Shown here: piece after piece, positions 25,401-37,400 of the stretch
How positions within the stretch are numbered: position 1 is the first letter of the stretch
How the letters are laid out: each line of letters starts with the position of its first letter
NCBI RefSeq assembly: GCF_021028975.2
Contig: NC_059430.1
Location: 44,206,001 to 44,270,000, forward strand
Direction: 5' to 3'
DNA: 64,000 bases
From: Sphaerodactylus townsendi
Lineage: Eukaryota
Program-made: the position numbers and the translations under genes
The notes under the pieces: model-generated
The model's database searches: none
The model's input: the letters and a program-made list of their open reading frames with translations, nothing else
Told to the model about the DNA's origin: nothing

Positions 25401-28400
25401 CATCTGGGGAAGCAGCTCTGTATCTGTTAAAACATGTGGTTTGGCCCTTACTAGAAAGGAAATGTGTTTAGCATTGAAAAAGCACAGCATTGATCACGCA
25501 TCTTTTTGTGTAAGTTTTCATTCCCAGATTGTAGTTTCAAAATACAGAAAAGCAAAGAAGGAACAGGTCGAGTAGTAATGTGGAAGATGGGCATCAGCAA
25601 TAGCTATACCTTGGAAGTTACTTTCTGTGGCTCTAAACTAGGTAAAGCAAATACAGATTGTTTTTTTCCCCAGAAACAATATTGAGCCATCAAGTGAGGT
25701 CTTCAAATTTGCTGTTGCAGGTTCAGATGAATAAACTTGTTTGTTGGAGATAATGTTGAAATGTTGTAATTATGCATGCATGCGTGTTTCACAAAAGGAA
25801 AAAGTGATTGTAGATATCAAATATCTAACTAAGACTAACCAGAGCAGAGGTATACGATTAATCAAGGCTAATGTCCACTGGATTCTAAAAACCACAGGTG
25901 TAAGAACCTTGAAGAGGTTCAATTCCCCACTGCTCCACATGGAGCCTGCAAGATTAATTTTGGGCTGTCACAGTTCTCTCAGAATTCTCTCTGCCCATGC
26001 GGAGGCAGGCAATGGCAAACCACATTTGAACATCTCTTGCCTCTAAGACCACAAGGGGTCACCATAAGTTGGCTGTGACTTGATGACAGTTTACACACGC
26101 AGGGAGCTTCTGGAAGAGGAAGGAGCAGAATGATCATCCATCATTTGCACCTTCTACTTAGAATTTCTAGGATCTACCTTTGTTTTACATTCAGTACTAC
26201 ATACATTTTTGATAAATGTAGTTCCTGAGATAAACTGTTCCTGTACAGACTACTTCAATAGTAATCACTTGGGAATTGTCATTCTGGGGCTCATGGTCAG
26301 AGAATTCTTACCACTTCACAGTATCCAGAATCTTTTGAAAAAGCCATGATGTTAAAGCCATTTGAAATCCATGTACATTTGTAGTATAGATAAGTCCTTT
26401 AATCTATAACAGATGCAGTCCCTCAAATGCATGCACTTTGGGGATATGAAAGGAGAAAATAACATTTTGCCACAATTCCTTCCAAAGCTGCCATCCTGAG
26501 ATGTGTGAGAAAGGCTTTGGCAAGAATTTAGAGGCAGCATAGAGATATTTTGCTAGCAAAAAGAATTTTTGAGTTACAAAGCAATAGCCAGAAGTCCAGT
26601 TTTCCCATTAATTCATAGGGAATAAAATAATTGCTGTCTTTTAGCAAGACAGTTATTGCTTCATTGATGTTTCCCTTCATATTCCAGAAAACAATGATTC
26701 CCACTTTAATACAAAGGATTTGGAGTCCATAGGATACCATTTTTGTGATTCGCTGCTACATTTCTGTGATGAAAAAAAGGGTAAGGTAAGAAAAGTTTAT
26801 CAGATCCTGAAACAAAAGCCTTCTATGGCAATGAGAAAAGATTTGTTATCACCTGAAAGCAGTGAGACTGTGGAATTTACTGTTACTGTGTGACTTTCCC
26901 TAGTATAATGAATGTCTGAAAGAACTGGAGGAAAGGGTGAAGCAAGAGGATCCAGTTGCACCTGTGAATGACCCATTTGATAAAGACTCCAGGTAAATGG
27001 AATTCTTGAGATGTGCCTGTATTTCAGTCCATGATTAAGAGGGTGCTCTGGAAAACATTTGTCTTAGCCTGATTTCAGTCTGCTGAAGTCTCCACTATGG
27101 CTGGATGAAGGCCTTTAAGGACGTAGGAGTGCCAGGCTTGAGTTCTGAACCAATAATCATAACACGAAGTGATTTTTTTAACATTTTTTGTTTAAAAGAA
27201 AAGTTGTAAAACAGGAACTTTAAAAAGGAACAGGAACAGTAAATACAAAATCATAAGGTGCATTTCCAGATCACAATAAAGCAATAAAGTACACCTACTT
27301 ACAAAAATAAATTCTTGCTAGAAAATATAATAGAAGTCCTCAGTGCATATGCAAAGTAGAAGCGAAATAGACAATAGACCAACGAAAGACAGTTGCTAAT
27401 TTTGATTAATTTATGGCATAACCTGGCCCCGCCATATAATTACCAGTCAACCAATCAGGTATCAATTTAGTAAGAACTCTCTAGAAGGTGAGAAAATTAC
27501 CTCACCCTTTCGAAACTTCCAATTAGGGCTTTGGCTGACTGGTTGGATCCAACTGAAAATAATTGGAGATGATTTCATGACCATAATGTGGAATCTGACT
27601 TTGGTGGGGAAATAGCCTATCTCTATCTGCAAACACCTGACTCTAAGCTATGTGAAAAACAAGTTAGACAAGAAACAAGATTTTTGGTAAGCTTTTCCAG
27701 CATTCAAAATGGAGTCTCTTTGGACATAGCAATATATGAGCAGAATGGTCATTCTCTTCAAGGAGGTCATGGAGGTAAAAAAGGAATGTGCTGTGCTGAA
27801 GCGATAGCACAGAGGTGAGCGTACTAGAAAGAACTGGTTTGAAGCATCCTGTGAGCTAGCCACTGAGGAAGTTAACAGCAAGTCTGTCAGGAGTGGAAAA
27901 TTTAGGTCTGAGTTGCACAAGATTATCTACAAGTGTAAAAGGTTCTGCTTTAGTGGTCTCCAACGATTGTATAATAAAGAATGCAATAGCTTTAGAAATT
28001 ATTTTCTTTGCTTGTGTTTAGTATCAATACTGTTTTCCAGGTTATGTTCTCAATCTGAGCAGAATACTGATGTATTGTGCAAATTAATTCAGCTAGCATT
28101 TGCCATTCACACACACTTTTAAATTAAAGCACTGTCCATCCCACCAACTGAGATCCTCTTCTTGAAGCCCTGATCTTTATCCACTACCTGCAGATGTTTG
28201 TTCTGTGCTGGCACCCCCCCTCCCCCGCCCCCGCCTTTTGGCATGTCCTCTCTCTTCAGGCCAACCTGACATCTACTTTCCTTTCCCTTGTGTGTCAGGC
28301 CGAAACATTTATCTTTACTAAGGCTTTTAACTAAGGAATTCTGCCTTTCCAAGTAGTTTTATAATCTTCTCCTAGGCTGAGCTCTGTCTTAACAGTGTCA

Positions 28401-31400
28401 TTTTAGCCTCCTCCATTTTATGTGCTTTTGTGCTCTGGATTACTTTTATTGGCAGTTTTTATGGATAGATTTGTTAGTATTAGTTTTATTGTTGCAAGCT
28501 GCTTCAAATGGGTCTGGAGAGGTGGCATACACATTTTGTAAGTAAATAAATAATGCAATTATCTTATCTTTGCAGTTCTGACACTTCAGACTCCAACGAG
28601 TCTTCAGCTAAATTAGAAAACCAGGTATGCTATAAATTCCCATCAATGGATTTGATCTCTTGGGTTTTTAAATTGGAAGTGTTTCTGTGCCAGGAATGTA
28701 CAAAAAAGTCCACTTTTTAGAAACAACATGGTCTTGATTACACTCAGCATTTTTGGAGCCCAATGTCTGGATTGCTCTTTGGCAGAGAATTGTGGGGTTG
28801 TGGACATGCTTCATACCTTGAGTCAGGTTTCAGTGTCCTATTTAAATTTTAAACCTTCCATGCTGTGTATATTGTTTAGGACAAAACTTGAAGGATCTTC
28901 AATGACTGCAAAGTCCACAGTACAGTAATAAGCTACAGATAGAATATGCAGAAAAAAAATGACAGTTGGCTGATCTGTGATCATAACACATAAAGATTTA
29001 CTTTTTTACAGGTTATTTTATTATGCAGATCTATGTAGGAAAATTAATACTTTGAAAACTTCTTATTTAAGATCAGTTAAATAATTTGTTTCTGATAGGT
29101 GTTCTTGCTCAGATACATCAGACACTGCAATTCATATCACAAAGTTGCTTGGGGAAAACCCTATGTCTCCTGTACCGTCTAGCATTTGCCTCCTGTTCCT
29201 TTTCATGCAGCCACATCCTGTTGATTGCTGACAGATCTACGGTCCACAAGTTGGCTGTGTTAGACATGACATATCCACAAGTAGGAGCTAATCATAATTC
29301 AGACACAGAGAAAAGTCACTTTGGATTTTCAAGAGGAAAATATGTTATAAAGCCCCTTTGGTTAGGGTGACACTAAGCTATACAAAATCATGGTATTTTA
29401 GCTAAAAACAGCAGTGTTATCCCCTCCCCCTCACCCCACACTCTATAACATCTAATAAAACTTACAGAGCAGTTTTAGTGATTCTAGGGTGCTGGGCAAA
29501 AGTCCAGGATGGGACCTGAGAGTCACGACCACCCCCTGGCTGCTGCCATGTGCTTGCTGCCCAAGACCCAGATGGACTGGGTGTGAGTAGCAGCAGGATC
29601 TTACTCTTCTTCTTTTCCCTCTTCCTTCAGGAGGTAGAGCCATAGGTGATCCCAGCATGGGGCCTAGGGCAGCTACTCCTGTTGCCAGTTGTCTAAGACA
29701 GCCCCTGACAACTTATAACGTGTTCTGCCACAACTGTACTAAATTTTTCCAGTCCCCAAACAATATCAGAATATGGAAGAAGGATAACACAAATAGACAA
29801 TGTAGGGATGTCAGGTCCCAGGAGAGGTTGTGCTAAACATTATAGAGAGGGAAAGGGAAACAACCTGGGGCCGCTCTGTGACATTTTGTTCCTACTTTAC
29901 ATTTTTTATTGAGATCTAAATTTTATTTTTAAAACTTGCAATGAAAGTAAATTGTGAAAATCTTAACACCTGCTCTAAGCCTTTATTTATCTTTGTATTG
30001 GGGTTTTTTTTGGGGGGGGACAGGTAAAACCAAGAAAGAAGTGTCTGAAAACAAAGAAGGACAGGAGTTCCTTTCTGGAACCATCAGGAAAAAGACTGTC
30101 TAAACAATCACATGAATTAATGGTACATCATCATTTTTTTCTGGGGATCTGATATTCACTGTCCTGTCTAGTATTCTTGTATTAAGCATATCATTGACAA
30201 AAAATTACTTGTGTAAACATTCATTGTTGTTGCTTTAGGATTATTTACATCATTTTCAGGATGCACTGTTAGTCTGACTACTTTGCCACTGCCATGAAAA
30301 TGTACAAAACTCAAATAATGTTTGTTATTTATTTAAATATTTATGGCCTTTTCTCCCATGCTGGGATCTCAAAGAATCTTAAATATTGAATGTATGCACA
30401 CACAAACAAATTAAACAAAAAATATACAAGAAGAGACTTAGTACACTCTTGAACTGGTGAAAGAATTATAATGTGATCCTGGGCTGGGGCTGGTTCTTGC
30501 AATGTAGCTCACACAGGACCACAATCAAGGCTCCAGCTCCTGGAAAGCTAGGTTGAAAGGTGAGAGGCAGATGCTCAGCTACAGGTCTTGTTCATCTGGT
30601 GGAGTGAAGGTCCCTTGTTACTTAGCTCCTAAGGTTTTGTGTACTGTGACACCAGGACTGGGCTTTGGACTTTAGCATTCCCCTTTACTCCACTGAAGAT
30701 AGTTTCAGAGGGTACCTGTGTTGGTCTGTTGTAGAACTAGATTTGAGTCCAGGAGCATCTCAGAGACCAACAAGATTATTAGAGTCTAAGCTTTCAAGAG
30801 TCAAAGTTCCCTTTGTCAGATATCTCTTCTCTATAGTAACTCCTCATCATAGATAAAATTACAGATTGAACCAGAGAAACCCTGCGTTAATTATTTGTAG
30901 GACATATCCCCAGCCTAGAAAGAACAGCTGATTACACACAAGGTGTCTGCTGCATGATAGGGGCTAATGTCTGCTGCAGCAAGGTTTCTTGTATGGACAT
31001 ATTTCCTCAAGCACCAGTTTCACTTTCCGTTCCCTCTGCAGCAAGCAAAACCACTTGTAGCGCAATTTTAATTTTCTTAACCACCAAACCGAAACAGATT
31101 TGCCAGTGAGCACAGTTGTGCTTCAACCGCTTCCCTCCATCCACAGCCAGTCTGCCTAGTTTCACTGCTCGCACTGCTTTGCACTCCTTCCCTCTTGCCT
31201 CTCCTCCCTGTTGCTGACTCCTTCCCACATCCTGTCCTGCTGGATTGTTTTTATTACCTGTGACTTCCTCCCTCCTGTATATCTTTAGATCTTTTAAAAG
31301 TTTTAATTTCTCATGTCAGTGTATCAATATCTTGATGTAAAATAGCACTAATCAATCCCTCCAAACACCCGATTTACTGGTGCATTTTCCCCCATTGTTC

Positions 31401-34400
31401 CTATTCCTTCTCACTGATTAACAGACTGGGACATCTCCATCCCTCCTAGTTTGAGATGTGATTCGAGACCACACCACGGAAATACTGACAGTCTTGATGC
31501 TTGCTGTTTACAGCTCATTGGGATGATTGTAAACCTGGGGAGCTTAGCAAAAGGAGGTTCATGTTGTCATTTTGCAGTTTGTGTGACATCATTACTCTCC
31601 CATCACCTCCCACCATAGAAGACAATCACTGATCGGGCAAAGTGTGCAGATGCTGCATTCAAGACTTTTCTGTAGTTGTTCGCCTTTTTTGTATTGATAT
31701 TTCAGTATATCCATATGAAAATTTAAAAATTAAATTAAAAATTAAAGCACACATGTGCAATAGAGAACCCACAAAAGCAAGCAAAAAGCCACCCAATGCT
31801 AATGCCTGCCCAACTGCAAACATATCAATAGGTAATAATACCAAACAAGCCCCAAAACAAAGACTCTACAGCAAATTCTCTTTCAGGTTGCAGGAAGCTC
31901 TCACCATGCATGATTGGCCAATATGTCCTCTGTGGGTAATTCTTTTTGTGGAAAGGGAGAAAATACCTTGAGTCAGTTAAGTCATTCCCCCACTATGTTC
32001 CCCCCCCCCTTTATGCATTCCTTTTTTTCTACTTAGAGTGAAGCCAAAAAACCTGAAGATTCTTCTCAAAGAACGACTAAGAACCAAGAACTAATAAAAA
32101 ATGTAAGAATTTTAAAAGGATGGGAAAGTATTGTTTATAAGTAAAGGTCTATAATTGTTGGAATAGGATCATACTGATGTACGACGATTAGCATTAAGCA
32201 ATAATTGTTTTTAGCCAGATCTCCTGTTTATTCTTTTTTCCCCCTCATCTAGACCCCGTTGAAGTGGCTTGATGTATCATTTGGTGTAGGGCGCCAGTTG
32301 TAAATTCTGTTCAGCATTTTAAAATATTTGGAATGAGATTAACCTAACCTTTCCCCTCAGGTTTCCTCCTGTCATACAGTTCTGCCTACATGAAAGGTAG
32401 ATAAGTGTTCCACATTTCTCTTTTTTCTTAGGCCCAGGTTTTTCAGAAATTAAAAGTGATGGAGCTGCAAAAAATACAACCAAAAAAGTATGAAATTACC
32501 CAGCCATGTATGGAGGCTTTCCTTAGAACTCCCAGTGCTAACAAGGTTTGGCGGTATCCTTAATAGAATAAATTCTGCAGCATAAGTAGACAATGATGTC
32601 AGTTTCCATTTCTTTTGTTTCTTTTGTATATTGCTGTGTGTTTGGGGAAAACAGGCAGAGCTCGGCTTGTAGATTTGGAATACTGTATGTTGAGAACAGT
32701 ATTTAACAATGTATTGATTAGAAAGACATTTGGGCCTCATGATATTAAAAAAAATACTGAATTGTGTAAGTATAGCAGGTTTAATTCCCATTATAATAAT
32801 GTTATTTTCAGCAGCTGCCCAGTACCTGAGTATTCTGTGTTGTGACGCCCACCTGTGAAATGGCCTACCTGCCAAGGTCAGGAAGGCTCCCACCCTATTG
32901 TCATTTTGTAGAATGTAGAACAATGGAATTGTTCAGGAGGGCTTTCGTACGAAGGGATTTTTTGCAGCTTTGATGTTGATGGAAGGTTTCTATGTAGTTT
33001 TTATTGTATTTATTGCTAGCATTATATTGTATTGTTATTTTATTAATTTTTTCAATCCCTCTTGAGTCTGTGCAAGAAAGATAGAGTATAAATAAGCCAA
33101 TAAATACGTATTTTGTAACACTTCTGCTATTATCACTATACTATGGTGCCTGACTAACTAAGCTAATATATTTGTATCTAATACATCCCAAATCTAGAAT
33201 TTGCGACACAAATAAACACCATTGTTGTTGGAAACAGATGTTTCTTAGTGGTGTGTCAAGTAGTTGAATGGCTGCCAAAGGCTCTGAGGGCCCTTCCTTG
33301 TGACACCTCTTTAGGTTCTGGGCATGCCCTTTGAGCATTCATCAGCTCACACTGACTATTCTCCTCTATCACCAAGAGTTGACAGAACAGTTTAAGGGCT
33401 TAGCACAAATTGTGTTATTTGCAGTGCACAATCAACACCCAATATAGAAGTGGCCCCAGACAAAGATATTTGCCTTTTTTTGTAGGAAAGCTTTACGCAT
33501 TTCTGGGAATGTGATAGTGAAGAATTTGAGAAGCCACACAAAGACAGTGTCTGCCCCAATTCCTTCCTCAGCAGTCTGAAAGGAAGCTGGAAGAGTTGTT
33601 ACAAGGTAAGCTAAAAAGTGGTCGCTTGGGACAAGAAAGCACCACTGCTTCTCTTGCTCTTGCACTCATCAGCCAGCAAGTTTTCATGCACTCTATGCTG
33701 TCATGTACACATTTTTGGTGCACTCAGTGACACTTCAGAAATTTCTCCTATATTTTTGCTTGATAACTTTTGAGGGTTACAATGTATGAAAAAACTGTGA
33801 AGGAGGTACTATAAAAAATCCATGGTTTCCCTGGAAGAGGCCCTAGGTTCAATTTCTGGTACTTGTAATTTTTCTGAAAGGACTGAGCTGTTTCTCTGCA
33901 CAGTACTGTGCAGAACTGTTCCCAGTCAGATGTCTGTTTCCAGTTATAACTGGGCTTCATAAACCATGACCTGATTTGGTGCAAAGTAGCTGTGTAAACC
34001 TTTCATGTTTATATGTAAGGAATAACCATAAATGTTATGGAAAGCGCCATAAGTGAATTTTCAGCTGAGGCTAACAGATATGAGTACATTTTCCTCTCTA
34101 TTATCTAACAGCAATTAGCTGGACACAAATGAGAAGGCCCGTGGACTTGGTTAGAACATACAGCTGGGCAGATGCTCATACCTGTCTCCCTCTTTATTTT
34201 CTGTGGCTTGCAAAACTTCATCAAGCCATTGGGTTGAACAAGGGTGGGCTTTTAAATATCCTTTTGGAGCTTGAATTGTGGCACACAAAACTTATGATAT
34301 TGTGATAAAACATCATTGTTGTCAAAATCCAAATCCTATGTTAATGATAGGAAATGATTCAACATTACTGAGGTCAACATTTAATTTTGTGCTTTGACAT

Positions 34401-37400
34401 TCCTACAGTTAACCGCTAAAGTGACTTGGAATCCAAAGTTCAACAGCAGAATATTGATGATATAAATAGAAAGATAAAATAAGTTTCAACATTTGGGAAA
34501 TTGCATAGTATTAATAATAATAAAAAGTTTTATAACAGGACAAATACACAGATTACCAACTTTGGGAAACAGATTTCAGTGCTTCCTTATAATAAAGAAA
34601 TGTGTGGATGAGGAGGTAATAATTTATTGTCTTTGTTTTTTGCAGTCAAAATACTTAGCAGGGTTTCAGGAAATATTTAAGGAAACTGACTCCATTGTAA
34701 AAAGTGAGTTTCACAAAGCGTCTTTTACTTCCCAACCAAATACAAAACAACATGCAGTTTACAGAAGTTAACTTTGGCTGAGTGTATTCTCAATTTTGTA
34801 ACAATGGTTAGATGTGCCAAAGGCTTCCTTTCCCATCCTTTCCATCATTTGTTTTAACTATGATACAGTGTTAATTAGTTTCAGTAGCCATGTTAGCAGG
34901 ACAAAATTCGAGTCCAGTAGCATGTTAGAGACCAACACATTTTTACATGGTATCAGTGGCGTAGTGGTTAAGAACAGATGCATTCTAATCTGGAGGAACC
35001 GGATTTGATTCCCCGCTCTGCTGCTTGAGCTGTGGAGGCTTATCTGGGGAATTCAGATTAGCCTGTGCGCTCCCCCACATGCCAATAAGATGGTGCCAAA
35101 TACTCTTGCCCACAGGAGGCCAACTATAGTGGAATCTAACCTGGCTGGCTTGGTGGAAATGCCTGGTGAGTAGCTCCATCTTGCAGGCCCTGCAGAATTG
35201 ATTCAACTCCCACAGGGCCCTGATCTCATTAGGGAGCTTATTCCACCAGGTTGGGGCCAGGACAATAAAAGCCCTGTCCTTCATAGAAGCCAGCCGGATA
35301 TCCTTGGGACCAGGGATCACCAGAAGATTGCCCTCCAATGAACAGAGGGGCCTAAGAGGGCGAGGCAGGGGGATGAGGTCCTGAAAGTACATGGGTCCCA
35401 GACCACTCATGACCTTAAAGGTCAAAACCAAAACCTTGAAGATGACCCCGTACTTGATAGGCAGCCAGTGTAGATCTTGCAGGACAGGTGTTATGTGATC
35501 CTGATTAGGAGCTCCAACCAGGAGCCTCGCAGCTGCATGCTGAACGAGCTTTAATTTCCAGATCAGCTTCAAGGGCAGGCCAGTATAGACCAAGTTAACA
35601 ATAGTCAAGTCTGGAGGTGATCGTTGCATGGATTACTGTGGCTAGGTCAGAGTGGGAGAGATACAGAGCTAACTGCCATGCCTGATGGAGATGGAAAAAA
35701 GCTATCTGGGCTGTTTTTGTGACCTGGGTCTCCAGCGAAAGCATGGAGTCCAGAGTCACTCCCAGGCTTCTTACAGATGAGGTTGTCACCATCCAGCGCA
35801 GGCAGACTGAAATCCGCTTGTCTGTCCCCCTGACCCACCCACAGAACCTCCATCTTCACTGGCTTCAGTTTTAATCTGCTTGCTCGCAACTAACCAGCTA
35901 CAGCCTCCAAACAATGCTGGAGAGCCTCAGGGGATGAGGCCGGCCTGCCCACCATTGTGAATATGAGCTGGATGTCATCCGCATATTGGTGGCACCGCAG
36001 CCCAAAACTCTGAACCAATTTTTCCAGGGGGTGCATATAGATATTAAAAACATCAGGGAGAGGATCACCCCTTGTGGCACTCTACAAACCATAGGATGCC
36101 ACCCAGAGCTCTCCCCACCCCCCACCCCCCGACATCACCTGCAATCCCCAGTCTTGGAGGAAGTGGTAGATCTTGCAGCTGCCAAAATCCTGGGGGGGGG
36201 GGGGGGCGGTCAAGCAGGCAGAAATGGTCCAAAAAAAGGACCAGAAGACAGGCAAGGGTCCTCCAGTTCCCTTATTGTATCAATGGTGGCTGGAAGGGCC
36301 TGGCGGAGAGACAAGACTTTTTCTACAAAATGGCTCGCAAATGCCTCACAGCTAAATGCCAAGTCCTGACATTTAGGACCAATAGATGAGGTTGTCAGAG
36401 TCCGAATCACCCTAAACAATTGTGCCAGGTGTGAGCTTGTGTCACAATGGAGGAAATGAAGAAATCTCTCCTTGCCTCCTTCATAGCTTTCCTGTAGAAT
36501 TTCATAAGTGTCCTCTATAAGGGTCTTGTCTCCTCGTCACGAACCTGTCGCCACACTCACTCTTAGCTCCTGCTTCATCCTTCTCAGTTCCTCAGTATAC
36601 AAACAGCTAATCTGGCATGGGGACAGAGAGGACAACTGAGGGCAACAATCTCAATTGCTTCAAGCCAGCTTCTGGGCCAGCTTCTGCCATGGATTCTTCC
36701 CCAGTTTCTTTAGCCAGAACTTCAGGCTACTGTACCCTTGCTACAAAGCAAAGTCTTGAGGTAACTATCAGTATTCTAGGAGGTGCTACCTACAATATTC
36801 CTGGGCAGGAATGCTCCCTCCCAAGTCCTAGAGAGGTTCTGGTTTCTCCAGACTGCAAATACTCCCGGTCTTACTTATGGAATAAGCTCCCTAATGAGAT
36901 CAGGGCCCTGGTCTTCTTTCTGGCCCTTTCCACACGAGCAAATTCAGCATCCCAGGGATGGCAAAAACGCTGTTCCTGGGAGTCCTGGCAGCAGAGCCGT
37001 CTTGGCTTTTCCTGGGTGGAATGAAGCCGCCCCTGAAAACCTCGCTGAGGTTTTCGAAAAACTGCACCACCGGGAAGCCACTGTTTTCCCCGTTGGCTCC
37101 ACTCACCGTCTTGTGCAGTATCCCTCTGGAGGGCTGCAGAGACCCGCCCACGCTGCCCTCTGGAGGTCGCAGGGCAGCATGGGTGGGTCTCTGCAGTCCT
37201 CCAGAGGGATACTGCACAAGACAGTGAGTGGAGGGGGACCATCACGAGGCGACTCCGCGCAGAGCCGCCTCTCCGGCTGCAGGAGAAGTTAGGGCTGCAC
37301 GCACGCTAGTGTGCGAACAGTCCCTGAGCCTCCACCGGCATACTTTGTGCCGGCGGAGGTGCGTTTCCGCACATGTGCGGAAAGGGCATCTGTTTCAGCC

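Noticed and set aside
32361-32396. Possible exon after cccctcag
   Set aside because: In-frame TGA in the required phase, and only 35 nt to the next acceptor
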